This document shows positions 1-9,772 of a DNA stretch of 61,166 bases, piece after piece. The notes beneath the pieces are model-generated. The model saw only the letters and a list, made by a program, of their open reading frames with translations, was not told the DNA's origin and did no database searches. The translations under genes were made by a program, and so were the position numbers. Within the stretch, counting starts at the first letter, position 1; every line of letters starts with the position of its first letter. This DNA is from Butyricicoccaceae bacterium (GTDB lineage: Bacteria > Bacillota > Clostridia > Oscillospirales > Oscillospiraceae). The stretch lies in assembly GCA_963629655.1 (NCBI GenBank), contig CAVGKI010000001.1, positions 1 to 61,166 of the forward strand, in the 5' to 3' direction.

Positions 1-212
1 GTGTTACATTCGGTGGCCGGTCTGACCACTGCGTGTTTTACGCTGTTATTATAATACTATTCATATATGTTAAGATTCTATTCTCATAAACGTCCACAGC
101 TTAAAGAAACGGTAAAGAAAGTAACCCGGCTTATAAATAACTTAGCACGCGTGTCTGCGCGGCGCGGTGGGCAGAGGAGCTGCGGCTGCCGCTCATAACG
201 GAAGCCGCAACA

Positions 213-242
213 AAAGACACCCTGGGTTGGCAGGGTGTCTTT
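213..242. terminator. Hairpin downstream of the giant LysM gene (candidate intrinsic terminator)
   Basis: Perfect 12-bp arms aaagacaccctg / cagggtgtcttt with a 6-nt loop. The minus-strand reading is followed by ttttgttg. Confidence 0.5.
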
Positions 243-286
243 CGTTTTATATTAGGGGGATAAGAGATTAGCGGGTTAGGTGAACA

Positions 287-3200
287 TTAGGAGATTTTTG
301 TAAGTTCAACATGAATTTTTATGCTTTCTCCCTCTGCTATAGGCTTGTCAATCGTAAAGGAAACGGGGTCAGTGTCAGCGCCGTTAACATATTTATGAGT
401 GGCTGTTCTGTAATCTTTGGTCGTTGTCTTGCCGTTGTCCTCGGTGCATGTATACGTGCCCTCCATCTTGGAGAATTTGAAGCCTTCCGGAGGGGCAACT
501 GTAATTACATCGCCAGTTTTGACGTACAATCCAACATCGTCAGCTTGAACCTCTTTGCCTTCACCGCCGTTGACGCTGATCGTGACTTTTTCCCAGTAAT
601 TCACATCGTCTGTTCTGTTGACTGACATACTGTGCTTGTTCTCTGCGAAGGTCACAGCAACCTCTATGCTCTTAGCACCTGTCGGTACACCAAACTGATA
701 TGTGCCGTTCTGGTAATCTGTAATCGCTGTAATCTTCTTGCCATCGACTGCGACACTGAGACTTGCACCGACATCATAGGTGTCCTCATCGGCTTTCGCG
801 GTGACAGTGACGCAAGAGCCTATATCAACACTGCCGCCTTCGTTCGCGATAACTGTATCGCCGACCTGCATCGTTGCCGTGCCGTCACCGCTGGTCGTGA
901 GCTTGATGGTCGCGGGCGTGTCCTTGAGTGTCAGTACAACGTAAACACAGCCGTTTGCTTTTGAGCTTTCAGGAACAACAAACTTTACGGAAGTCTCTGT
1001 AATTTCGGCGTTAAGATCGTTAGTTATATCCGCACCGCCTTCAGCATACAGCGTCACACCGGTAATTACTTTACCCTTTTCTTTGGGAGTTACCGTTACC
1101 GTATCACCTACGCGAGGAGTTTCCACATCCACGTTAATTTCCGGTGCCATGCTGAGCGCCTTCACAGGAACTTCTTCAGCCGGTGTCTTGTCCAGTACGA
1201 ACTTGAACTTCACATCAGACTGCGGCTTGCCTGTGATGGGAATGGTGAACGTAAATGTGTTAGTTGCGCTGTCATATGCCGCTTCTTTAGTAGCCTCGTT
1301 GTCGTGCGTCTTACCATCGAAGTCTTTGTAAGAAATATATGCCGTCTTGTTGGTCTCATCATAGCCCGTACCGAGTTCGACCTTGACTGTTATATCTTTG
1401 CCGACAGCTATTGCTGTTGTCGCGCTGGAGACTTCTTTAGTAAACGTTGTATCGTTGATACTGGTTATCGTGCCGCCGGTCACGTCGGCAACGAAGTCAT
1501 ACTTGTTGCTGTCCTTGAGCGCGTAGCGGACATGAACCTCGCAGGAGCCGACCTCAACGTTAGGCATGGTGAAGTAGTAATCACCGTTGGTGTACTTCTG
1601 CGCCGCATTGCTGTTGCCATTGTAGAGCACCCAGATGTCCGTTATCTCGAAACGCTCATCCTTGCCGTTGGTGTTCTCGCTGATAACAACGGTCTTTCCG
1701 GTATCAACGCCCTTCGAGACAGTGTCTGCATTAGTTCCAGCGCCTCTCTCGATATCCTGCTTCACGCCATCGACAAGAACATCCACCTTATAGGTGTTCG
1801 AGCTGCTGACGCTGTCCTTATCCGTGCCGAACTCATAGACTATCGTGAGAGCCTGAGACACGGGTGCAAACTCGACCTCGACGGTGACTGCGCCGTTCGG
1901 AAGCGTGGTGGGCTTGACAATGTACTTGCCGTCGTCGGACTTTGCGACCTCTTTCTTATCAAAGACCTGACCGTTTATATCGGTGTAGCTCATGTAGACA
2001 TGGTCGATCTTATAACCCGCTGCGGGCTTGATATCGGTGATCTCAGCGCCGCTGCCGAGGCTGGCGTTGGCAGGGATGGAGTACGTGCCGTTCGCGGAGG
2101 CCTTCGCATCAATCACGAAGAAGTCGTCCTTATAGACCGGCGTGATGGTGACGTTTTCAAGCGGCATCACGAAGCTGCATGTAGTCTCAGACAGCTGCGT
2201 CACCTTGACCTCCTCGCCGGAATCCGTCGTGACTTTTATCGAATCAAGATAGTATCCGGGGAGAGATTCGTGCGTGACTATCACGCCCTTGCCCGCCTTG
2301 ACGTACAGCGTGGACTTGTCTGCATTGAGCAGGTCGCCCTTGCCGTCAGAGCCGGTGAAGTCGGTGTAAATAACATTGTCAATGGTGCACTTGATGACGC
2401 CCTTGGCGGTCGTGCCGTCGGAGGCAATGCGCTGGTAGGAAATCTTGTGCATCTGGTTGGTGATTGCCGATGTGAAGTCAACAATGACATCCTGCTCGGG
2501 CATCACAAAGGTTTGGTCAATGGGGTCATAGCTGCACTTTGTGGTGATAGGCACACCTGCGGCATCAAGTATCTCGACCTTGTTCCAGTCAAGCGTGTAC
2601 TCGCTCTTGACGTTCGGGCGGATCCAGACCTTGGACTTCTCGGCGACCTTGTCGGTGTAGCCGAGGGAGGTCATGTATTCCACACTGCCCCATGTATTAT
2701 CCTTGTCCAGCGGATCGGAGGTTATCGTGTAGCTTGCGATTTCTTTAAATCTGACATACAAGTCAACGCGCTCATTGACGTTGGAGGGCATCTCAAACTG
2801 CCAGTTGCCGGTCTGCGCGTTCTTGTACGCGGGATATTTGGTTTTCTCGTTGTAGTCAACTATGTAGTAGATTTCTGCAAGCTCATAGCCGATGTTTGCG
2901 GACGGCTTGACGACGACGGTGTTTCCGCCGGCTGCCCACAGCTCAACGGTCTGACCCTCCGTGCCGGTCTTGTCGGCAAGGGTGCGTCCGAGGACGGTGT
3001 AGCTGTTGCCCCAGCTCGGGCAATTGTCATTGCTATCGGTTGCGGGGTGCGCAACGAGCTTCACGCTCGGCTTGAAGTCCACACGGACGCGCACGTCGCA
3101 GTCAGGCATGATGAACTCATTAGTGTTGACGAGGGTGTAGCTGCTGCCGTCAGCATAGTGGAGGGTTATGGTGCCGGCTGCATAGCCGTTCTTAACGCCC

Positions 3201-5161
3201 CAGGTGTTGACGTAGAGCTTCACGCCTGCGCCGCAGCTCGTGATGACCGTGCCGCCGTTAGCGGTGACGTTGAACGAGCCGAGGGTGCCGTTGGAGCTGT
3301 CAAGCACGACGCGGTGATAGACGTAGAACTTGACATTGACGTTGACGGCATAATCGGGCATGGTAAAGGTGTTGCCCTCGCCGAGGTTGATGACCGTGCT
3401 GCTGTCGCCGACCTTGGTGACAGTGCTCAGCGCATAGTAGTAAGCCTTAGAAGAGCTGGACTCAATCTTGACGGTCTGTCCGGGCGAGGCGGAGGTGACC
3501 TCCTTGCCGTCGACCGTTATCTTGACGTTGCCGTCGGGATTCTCCGCGACGTTTATGGCAAACTTCGCGTCGGAGGTGGGCTTGACAACAGCCACGACGG
3601 TGACAGAACCGTCCGGCATGTCGAAGCTCATTTTGTCGAGCGCGACGGTCTTGGTGAAGTTCTCGTAATAGACCTTGATGGACTCAAGGACATAGTTGCT
3701 GTTGGGCGCGACCTCAAGGGTGACTCGGTCGCCCGCCTTCGCATACTCCGTGGCGGTGCTGCCGAGCTTTGCGGTGACGGTGGCGTTGGTGACGTCGGTG
3801 AAGATCCTGTAGCCCTTGGTGGGGTTATAATCGGGGTCAACCTTGAACGTCGCCGTGACGGTCACGGGGAAGTTGGGCATGGTGAACTTGCCGTTCTCCA
3901 CCGCTACGGTGTCGCGGTACTCGTTATAGGTGACGCGGATATTGTCGAGCTTGAAGCCGGTGGCGGGCGTGGTCTTGACGGTGACCTGCGTGCCGGCATA
4001 CGCCTTGCTCACTGGCGTATTGTCGACCATAGTGACAATGCCGCCGTTGTTTGACGCGTCTATCGTTATCTCCGACTGCTTCGCCTGCTTGAAGGTGACG
4101 CTGACAATGGCGGAGTAGGCAGGCATGACGAAGCTGTTGTTACTGACGGTCGTGGTGGTGGCGGTGTCGCCGACCTTGCTGACCTTTATCGTGTCAACGG
4201 CGTAGCCCGTGTTGGGGACGGGGACGACGGTGACAACCTGACCGGCGGAGGCGGTCTTGACGCTCTTGCCGCTGACCTGCAGGTCAAAGCTGCCGTTCGT
4301 CGCCGTCTCGCTGACGAGGTTATAGTAGCCGGAGGTGTTGACCGTGCCGTTGGTGGTGGTGGTGCCGGTGGTGGTGTTGGTGGTGGTGCTGGCGGTCACA
4401 ACGCCGGAAACGGGTATGTACAGCGTCTCGCCGACGCGGAACACGCCGAGATCCGTTCTGTTATTGAGAGACTGAAGCATCGCCTGCGCGCTGCTGTAAT
4501 TCAGACCGTAATCGCTGCAGATAACGTTATAGGCGCTCTCGCCGGAGCGCATGGTGTGCGCCATAACGGTGGTGTAGGTCGAGCCGGCAAGACCGGGGTT
4601 GGTCGTGGGCAGGACGAGAGTCTTGCCCGCCTGAATGGCGTCGACGGAGCGGAGGTTGTTGAGCTTGACGATCTGGTTTGCATACGTCTTGTAGCTCAGA
4701 CCCCATCTGCCGTAGATGCCGCCGATAGTCTCGCCCTTCTGGACGGTGTAGGTGGCGAGGTAGTACGCCACGCGGTCGCCGGAGGGCAGCGAGGAGACCG
4801 TGCCGGTCGTGAGGCTGCTGCTGGTCGTGCTGCCGGCGACGGTGGTGCCGGTCGTGGTGGTTGCGGTCGTGCCGTTGGCAAGTGCCGCCGCCGCCTGATT
4901 GCTGACAGGCAGGCTGATCTGCGTGCCGACAGCAATTTTGCTGAAAGCGCTCTCGCTCGTGAAGCCGTTGAGCTTCATGATCAGATTTTTATAGGTATAG
5001 AAATCTATACCCTTCGCCTGGCAGATGCTGAGAACCGTGTCTCCCTTTGCGACGGTCACGGTGGTGACCTGCGCATCGGCGGATGCAGTCGTTGCAAACA
5101 CCGAGAACAGGGAAACGAGCATGACCAGCATCATGATGAAACTGATAAGCCGCTTTTTCAT
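287..5161 (-). CDS. Giant secreted cell-wall-associated protein: signal peptide, three LysM domains, Thr/Ser-rich linkers, then about 14 divergent beta-sandwich (Ig-like) repeat modules; no LPXTG or other C-terminal anchor
   Basis: N-terminus MKKRLISFIMMLVMLVSLFSVFATTASA is a signal peptide. Three LysM-like blocks are present (TVAKGDTVLSICQAKGIDF...GTQISLPV; YTVQKGETIGGIYGRWGLSY...GKTLVLP; HTMRSGESAYNVICSDYGLNY...GETLYIPV). Poly-T/S linkers follow, then recurring ~75-95 aa modules with the signature G..VTV...P..GY.L..I.V.....F.MP...V.V...F. SD GGGGGAG lies upstream of the ATG. Confidence 0.85.
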   Translation of the reverse strand: MKKRLISFIMMLVMLVSLFSVFATTASADAQVTTVTVAKGDTVLSICQAKGIDFYTYKNLIMKLNGFTSESAFSKIAVGTQISLPVSNQAAAALANGTTATTTTGTTVAGSTTSSSLTTGTVSSLPSGDRVAYYLATYTVQKGETIGGIYGRWGLSYKTYANQIVKLNNLRSVDAIQAGKTLVLPTTNPGLAGSTYTTVMAHTMRSGESAYNVICSDYGLNYSSAQAMLQSLNNRTDLGVFRVGETLYIPVSGVVTASTTTNTTTGTTTTNGTVNTSGYYNLVSETATNGSFDLQVSGKSVKTASAGQVVTVVPVPNTGYAVDTIKVSKVGDTATTTTVSNNSFVMPAYSAIVSVTFKQAKQSEITIDASNNGGIVTMVDNTPVSKAYAGTQVTVKTTPATGFKLDNIRVTYNEYRDTVAVENGKFTMPNFPVTVTATFKVDPDYNPTKGYRIFTDVTNATVTAKLGSTATEYAKAGDRVTLEVAPNSNYVLESIKVYYENFTKTVALDKMSFDMPDGSVTVVAVVKPTSDAKFAINVAENPDGNVKITVDGKEVTSASPGQTVKIESSSSKAYYYALSTVTKVGDSSTVINLGEGNTFTMPDYAVNVNVKFYVYHRVVLDSSNGTLGSFNVTANGGTVITSCGAGVKLYVNTWGVKNGYAAGTITLHYADGSSYTLVNTNEFIMPDCDVRVRVDFKPSVKLVAHPATDSNDNCPSWGNSYTVLGRTLADKTGTEGQTVELWAAGGNTVVVKPSANIGYELAEIYYIVDYNEKTKYPAYKNAQTGNWQFEMPSNVNERVDLYVRFKEIASYTITSDPLDKDNTWGSVEYMTSLGYTDKVAEKSKVWIRPNVKSEYTLDWNKVEILDAAGVPITTKCSYDPIDQTFVMPEQDVIVDFTSAITNQMHKISYQRIASDGTTAKGVIKCTIDNVIYTDFTGSDGKGDLLNADKSTLYVKAGKGVIVTHESLPGYYLDSIKVTTDSGEEVKVTQLSETTCSFVMPLENVTITPVYKDDFFVIDAKASANGTYSIPANASLGSGAEITDIKPAAGYKIDHVYMSYTDINGQVFDKKEVAKSDDGKYIVKPTTLPNGAVTVEVEFAPVSQALTIVYEFGTDKDSVSSSNTYKVDVLVDGVKQDIERGAGTNADTVSKGVDTGKTVVISENTNGKDERFEITDIWVLYNGNSNAAQKYTNGDYYFTMPNVEVGSCEVHVRYALKDSNKYDFVADVTGGTITSINDTTFTKEVSSATTAIAVGKDITVKVELGTGYDETNKTAYISYKDFDGKTHDNEATKEAAYDSATNTFTFTIPITGKPQSDVKFKFVLDKTPAEEVPVKALSMAPEINVDVETPRVGDTVTVTPKEKGKVITGVTLYAEGGADITNDLNAEITETSVKFVVPESSKANGCVYVVLTLKDTPATIKLTTSGDGTATMQVGDTVIANEGGSVDIGSCVTVTAKADEDTYDVGASLSVAVDGKKITAITDYQNGTYQFGVPTGAKSIEVAVTFAENKHSMSVNRTDDVNYWEKVTISVNGGEGKEVQADDVGLYVKTGDVITVAPPEGFKFSKMEGTYTCTEDNGKTTTKDYRTATHKYVNGADTDPVSFTIDKPIAEGESIKIHVELTKIS
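290..4320 (-). repeat. Protein-level tandem array of about 14 diverged Ig-like modules inside the giant LysM protein
   Basis: The terminal motif recurs: SFVMPAYSAIVSVTF, KFTMPNFPVTVTATF, SFDMPDGSVTVVAVV, TFTMPDYAVNVNVKF, EFIMPDCDVRVRVDF, QFEMPSNVNERVDLYVRF, TFVMPEQDVIVDF, SFVMPLENVTITPVY, YFTMPNVEVGSCEVHVRY, plus degenerate copies. The repeats are diverged at DNA level. Confidence 0.7.
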
Positions 5162-5312
5162 GTTTTTGCTCCCCCTAACCGACCCTTTACGGGTCGTAAT
5201 TTCACTGAGTTTTTTCCCGCCCGTGACCGTCTTTCAGACGGTCCCCGGGCAGATCCTAATATAAATGTTAAGCTCGACCCTCGCTCTTTTCAGCGCGTTG
5301 GGTTCGATGGGC

Positions 5313-6125
5313 TTACTTTGTTGCGGCAGCGGCGGTCGAGCCGCTGCTGATATTGACGACCCCACTGATCGGGATATACAGCGCTTCGCCGACCTTGAAC
5401 GCGGCGAGGTTGTCCTTCCCGTTGAGTGTTTTCAGCATATCCTGATTCACATTGAAGTCAAGACCGTAGCCTGTGGTGACGACGTTATACACCGTCTCGC
5501 CGGACTTCATCACGTGCTTCATAACGCTGTAACGCACATCCGTTCCGGCGGCGGCGACGGTGGTTGGCAGAAGAAGCTGCTTGCCGACACCTATCTTGTT
5601 GAAGCCGGAGATGTTGTTGAGCGCGAGGATCTGGTTGGCGTAAGTCTTATAGCCCAGCCCCCAGCCCTTGTAGATGCTGTTGATGGTGTCGCCCGTCTGC
5701 ACCTGATAGCTGACGATGTAATAACCGACGGTGTCGCCGCCGAGTATCTGCGTCGCCATACCGGGCTCCTTGGCGGAAGATGTCGCCGCGGCAGCGGTCT
5801 GGGCGCTTGACGGTGTGATGGTGACGGACGCGGCAGCGGCGGAAAGCGTCTTTGCCGCAGCCTCGGACACGGGAACGGCAAACTGCCCGCCGACCTTGAT
5901 CTTGCTGAACTCGCTCTCGTCAGACACGTTGTTGAGCGCCATGACGATCTTCTTGTAGCTGTAATAATCAAAGCCGTACTTCTTGCAGATGCTGATGACC
6001 GTGTCGCCCTGGGCGACGGTCACTATCGTGACTGTAGGCTCGGCATATGCCGTGACCGTTATCGCGGAGATCATTGCCGCCATCATAAGTACAGTCAACA
6101 ATAAGCTTATCATTCTTTTTTTCAT
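5313..6125 (-). CDS. Secreted triple-LysM protein, a short paralog of the N-terminal module of the giant protein
   Basis: Signal peptide MKKRMISLLLTVLMMAAMISAITVTAYA and three LysM blocks in the same order as in 287-5161 (VAQGDTVISICKKYGFDY..., YQVQTGDTINSIYKGWGLGY..., HVMKSGETVYNVVTTGYGLDF...). Start set at the Met preceded by AGGAGA (ATG at 6125), not the ORF-track Met at 6143. Confidence 0.85.
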   Translation of the reverse strand: MKKRMISLLLTVLMMAAMISAITVTAYAEPTVTIVTVAQGDTVISICKKYGFDYYSYKKIVMALNNVSDESEFSKIKVGGQFAVPVSEAAAKTLSAAAASVTITPSSAQTAAAATSSAKEPGMATQILGGDTVGYYIVSYQVQTGDTINSIYKGWGLGYKTYANQILALNNISGFNKIGVGKQLLLPTTVAAAGTDVRYSVMKHVMKSGETVYNVVTTGYGLDFNVNQDMLKTLNGKDNLAAFKVGEALYIPISGVVNISSGSTAAAATK

Positions 6126-6204
6126 TTTGTTTTCTCCTGACATTTTTGCCTCTTGCTGCTTATGACGAAGAACAGCGTTATATGTTCCCCATGATTCGGT
6201 TACA

Positions 6205-6233
6205 ATATTACTACAAGTTCAAACAAATTGCAA
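6205..6233 (-). promoter_or_regulatory. Sigma-A-like promoter for the short LysM gene
   Basis: Minus strand reads TTGCAA, 17 nt, TAATAT, about 70 nt upstream of the start codon. Confidence 0.45.
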
Positions 6234-6335
6234 GAGGTATTTTTCAAAAAGAATCGAAAAATTACAGAAAAATTTCGATAAATTATTCCGGTTTGTTTAC
6301 ATAATTTTATGCAAGCTGACAAATCCGCGTTTTAT

Positions 6336-6394
6336 CCCAAAAACAGGGTGCAGCCTATACTATTATATATCAGACAATAGTATAAGCTGCACCC
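6336..6394 (-). terminator. Intrinsic terminator after the Dabb-domain gene
   Basis: 19-bp stem (gggtgcagcctatactatt / aatagtataagctgcaccc, one mismatch), followed on the minus strand by tgttttt. Confidence 0.65.
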
Positions 6395-6414
6395 TACATC
6401 TCGCCGCAAGCGCT

Positions 6415-6699
6415 TCACTCGCAGTCGAAGATCGCCTTCTGCGCGATATAACCGCCGAAGTCGCTCTTCCAGCGCTTGTGAACGGCAGACGCGTCCCACG
6501 CGCCGAGCGCCTCGCGCGGCATATGCACGATTATCATAAGGTCATAGCGGTTCGGGCGGTCGATGCAGTTTTCAATAAAGCTGTACCCCTCAATGCCCTC
6601 CGGCTTTGCCTCGCCCGCGAACATCGCGCGTATCTCGCCGATGAGCGCGCCCTTATCCGCGGCATCCTCCGTAAACTTTACAATAATATGGTGCTTCAT
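6415..6699 (-). CDS. Dabb (stress-responsive alpha/beta-barrel) domain protein
   Basis: 94 aa. MKHHIIVKF...PNRYDLMIIVHM...WDASAVHKRWK is typical of Dabb-family small proteins. Confidence 0.7.
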   Translation of the reverse strand: MKHHIIVKFTEDAADKGALIGEIRAMFAGEAKPEGIEGYSFIENCIDRPNRYDLMIIVHMPREALGAWDASAVHKRWKSDFGGYIAQKAIFDCE

Positions 6700-6849
6700 G
6701 GCTTTCCTTTCCCGCCCGCGCAGAAAAATGTTGCAATTTCGTGCCGGACGTGCTACTATATAATTTATAATATTTGTAACTTTATGTAAAAAGTGAATTA
6801 TATTATATCAGATAATAATATAAGGTGTCAAGAAGGGAGCGGTGTGAAA

Positions 6850-7653
6850 ATGAGAGTTGTGGTAAAGGTCGGGACATCCACGCTGGCGCACTCCACGGGG
6901 CGGCTGAACATACAGCGGATGGAGCGGCTGTGCAAGGTGCTCAGCGACCTGAAAAATGCCGGACATGAGATAATTCTCGTCTCCTCCGGCGCGATAGGCA
7001 TGGGCGTGGGAAAGCTGAGTCTCGGCGAGCGCCCAAAGGATATGCCCACAAAGCAGGCAGCAGCGGCGGTAGGACAGTGCGAGCTGATGTATTTCTACGA
7101 CAAGCTTTTTGCCGAGTATAACCACATCGTCGCGCAGCTTCTCATCACCGCGCCGGATATTGCCGACGACGGGACGCGGAAGAGCAACTTCCACAACACG
7201 CTGGAGCGCCTTTTGCAGCTTGGCGCGCTGCCCGTCATAAACGAGAACGACACCGTGTCCACGGACGAGATAGTGATCGGCGACAACGACACGCTCTCCG
7301 CCGAGGTTGCGGCGCAGGTGTCGGCGGCGCTGCTGATAATCCTGTCGGACATCGACGGGCTGTACGACAGCGACCCGCACACAAACCCGAACGCGCAGCT
7401 CATATCCGAGGTCAAAGCGCTCGACGAGCGCATAATGTCCCTCGCGGGCGGCAGCGGCTCCGCCCTCGGCACGGGCGGCATGGTGACAAAGCTGCGCGCG
7501 GCAGCCATCGCCACCGCGCACGGGTGCGAGATGGTGATAGCAAACGGGCAGAAGCCGGAGGTGCTCTACGACATAATGGACGGGAAGCGCGTGGGCACAA
7601 GATTTCTGGCAGACAACAAAAAACAGGAGGAGCGCCGAAATGACTACACTTGA
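6850..7653 (+). CDS. proB: Glutamate 5-kinase (short form, no PUA domain)
   Basis: [12 protein letters not shown]...[11 protein letters not shown]...[21 protein letters not shown]. Start moved to the internal ATG at 6850. Overlaps proA by 14 nt. Confidence 0.92.
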   Translation: MRVVVKVGTSTLAHSTGRLNIQRMERLCKVLSDLKNAGHEIILVSSGAIGMGVGKLSLGERPKDMPTKQAAAAVGQCELMYFYDKLFAEYNHIVAQLLITAPDIADDGTRKSNFHNTLERLLQLGALPVINENDTVSTDEIVIGDNDTLSAEVAAQVSAALLIILSDIDGLYDSDPHTNPNAQLISEVKALDERIMSLAGGSGSALGTGGMVTKLRAAAIATAHGCEMVIANGQKPEVLYDIMDGKRVGTRFLADNKKQEERRNDYT

Positions 7654-8896
7654 AATAATCAAAAAGACAAAGGCGGCATGGGGCAGCATCGCCAATGCCA
7701 CGGCAGAGGAGAAAAACGCCATACTGCTCGGCATGGCGGACGCGCTGGAGTATGACAGTGCGGACATACTCGCGGCAAACGCGCGCGACATGGATAAGGC
7801 GCGCGGGCATATCTCCGAGGTCATGCTCGACAGGCTCAGTCTGGACGAGGGGCGCATACGCGCCATGGCGGACGGCATCCGCGCCGCCGCCGCGCTGCCC
7901 GATCACACGGGGCAGATAATATCCGAGACGGTGCACAAAAACGGAATGCATATATACAAAAAGCAGGTGCCGCTCGGTCTTGTCGCTATCATTTACGAGA
8001 GCCGCCCCAACGTCACCTCCGACGCGGCGGCGCTGGCGATAAAGAGCGGGAACGTGTGCATGCTGCGCTCCGGCAAGGAGGCGTTTGAAAGCTGCACCGC
8101 GATAGTCGCGGCGCTCAAGCGCGGGATAAGCGACGCGGGCGGCAATGCGGACATCGTCAACATCGTCGAGGATACGAGCCATGAGAGCGCAAACGAGATC
8201 ATGCGGGCATCGGGGCTTGTGGATCTGCTCATACCGCGCGGCGGCGCGGGGCTCATACGCGCCTGCGTCGAGAACGCAACCGTCCCCTGCATCGAGACGG
8301 GCACGGGCATATGCCACGTGTATGTCGATGAGCACGCCGACCTTGGCAAGGCGGTGCGCATCATCGTCAACGCAAAGACGAGCCGCCCCTCGGTCTGCAA
8401 TGCGGGGGAGGTCTGCCTTGTCCACTCCGCCGTCGCGCCGCGTTTTCTGCCGATGCTCAAGCGGGCGCTGGTGGACGAGCGGCGTGCGCAGGGTCTGCCG
8501 AGCGTGGAAATGCGCCTCGACAGCCGCGCGGCGGAGATAATAGACGGCACGCCCGCGACGGAGAAGGACTTCGACACGGAGTTTTTGAACTATATCCTCG
8601 CCGTGGCGGTGGTGGACGACCTCGATGCCGCCATTGCGCACATTGCGCGCCACTCCACCCATCACAGCGACGCGATAGTCACGGAGAGCGCCGACGCGGC
8701 GGAGCGCTTTGCCGCCGGGGTGGACAGCGCGGCGGTGTACATCAACGCCTCCACGCGCTTCACGGACGGGGGCGAGTTCGGGCTCGGCTGCGAGATGGGC
8801 ATCTCCACGCAGAAGCTTCACGCGCGCGGTCCTATGGGGCTGGACGAGCTGAGCACATATAAATATATCATCAAGGGCGACGGACAGGTCAGATAG
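7640..8896 (+). CDS. proA: Gamma-glutamyl phosphate reductase
   Basis: 418 aa with [19 protein letters not shown] and [15 protein letters not shown] motifs. AGGAGG SD. Confidence 0.93.
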   Translation: MTTLEIIKKTKAAWGSIANATAEEKNAILLGMADALEYDSADILAANARDMDKARGHISEVMLDRLSLDEGRIRAMADGIRAAAALPDHTGQIISETVHKNGMHIYKKQVPLGLVAIIYESRPNVTSDAAALAIKSGNVCMLRSGKEAFESCTAIVAALKRGISDAGGNADIVNIVEDTSHESANEIMRASGLVDLLIPRGGAGLIRACVENATVPCIETGTGICHVYVDEHADLGKAVRIIVNAKTSRPSVCNAGEVCLVHSAVAPRFLPMLKRALVDERRAQGLPSVEMRLDSRAAEIIDGTPATEKDFDTEFLNYILAVAVVDDLDAAIAHIARHSTHHSDAIVTESADAAERFAAGVDSAAVYINASTRFTDGGEFGLGCEMGISTQKLHARGPMGLDELSTYKYIIKGDGQVR

Positions 8897-8908
8897 GAGG
8901 CGTGCGGA

Positions 8909-9706
8909 ATGTATAAATACGAGGTCGGCTTTATCGGCGCGGGCAGCATGGGCGGCGCGCTTGCCGCCGCCGCAGTAAAGGCTGTCGGCAGGGAGCACGT
9001 CGCGGTGTCCTGCTCGACGGAGGAGAGCACCGCCCGCGCGGCGGCGCGTATCGGCTGTGCCGCCGTCACGGCGCAGGAGGTGCTGAGCGAGTGCCGGTAT
9101 GTTTTCCTCGGTGTCAAGCCGCAGGTGATAGACGGCGTGGCGGCAGCGCTTGCGCCGGACATTGCCGCGAGCGGCGCGGTGTTCGTGTCCATGCTCGCGG
9201 GGGTGACGCTCGCGCGGCTGGAGACGCTGCTGGGCGAGAAGAAGATAATACGCATCATGCCCAACACACCCTGCGCCGTCGGCAGCGGAATGATACTCCA
9301 CTGCGCAAACGCGCGCGTCAGCGTGGACGAGGAAGGCGGCTTTGAGGCGCTGATGCGCTGCGCCGGCGCACTCGATGCGCTTGATGAGCGCCTCATCGAC
9401 ACGGCGACGGCGCTGTCCGGCTGCGGTCCGGCGTATGCGTATATGTTCATCGAGGCTCTGGCGGACGGGGCGGTGAAGTGCGGTCTGCCGCGCGCAAAGG
9501 CGCTGCGCTACGCCGCGCAGACGCTTCTCGGCAGCGCCGAGATGGCGCTGCACTCCGGCAAGCACCCGGAGCAGCTCAAGGACGATGTGTGCTCCCCCGG
9601 CGGCAGCACCATCGCGGGCGTGGCTGCGCTGGAAAACGGCGCGTTCCGCGCCGCGTGCATTGCAGCGGTCGATGCCGCGTATGAGAAAACAAAAAAGCTC
9701 GGATAA
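8909..9706 (+). CDS. proC: Pyrroline-5-carboxylate reductase
   Basis: 265 aa with GFIGAGSMGGAL, RIMPNTP and SPGGSTIAG motifs. Third gene of the proBAC operon. Confidence 0.92.
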   Translation: MYKYEVGFIGAGSMGGALAAAAVKAVGREHVAVSCSTEESTARAAARIGCAAVTAQEVLSECRYVFLGVKPQVIDGVAAALAPDIAASGAVFVSMLAGVTLARLETLLGEKKIIRIMPNTPCAVGSGMILHCANARVSVDEEGGFEALMRCAGALDALDERLIDTATALSGCGPAYAYMFIEALADGAVKCGLPRAKALRYAAQTLLGSAEMALHSGKHPEQLKDDVCSPGGSTIAGVAALENGAFRAACIAAVDAAYEKTKKLG

Positions 9707-9720
9707 GCCGAGCGCAAGGC

Positions 9721-9769
9721 TCCCCCTGCATGGCATTCAAGCCGTGCAGGGGGAACGTTTTTTCTTTTT
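9721..9769 (+). terminator. Intrinsic terminator after proC
   Basis: tccccctgca / tgcaggggga stem followed by ttttttcttttt. Confidence 0.75.
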
Positions 9770-9772
9770 ATA

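Noticed and set aside
1304-4054. A very long (916 aa) ORF on the plus strand, antisense to the giant LysM gene. Similar long antisense ORFs are at 7412-9736 (774 aa), 13939-15378, 23079-25253 (724 aa), 44174-46072 and 46017-48074.
   Set aside because: Their translations are Arg/Ala/Gly/His-rich low-complexity strings with no recognisable domains. The opposite strand encodes proteins with unmistakable family signatures in each case. Long stop-free antisense frames are expected in high-GC3 coding DNA.
5162-5312. A structured GC-rich leader upstream of the giant LysM gene, considered as a c-di-AMP (ydaO-type) riboswitch because such elements often precede LysM/cell-wall genes.
   Set aside because: It has several short hairpins (gaccctttacgggtc, gaccgtctttcagacggtc). 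I could not find the conserved ydaO blocks (for example the AGCUAACC/ACCCGA-type segments), and at ~150 nt the fit is poor. A covariance-model scan would be needed; it is not reported as a feature.
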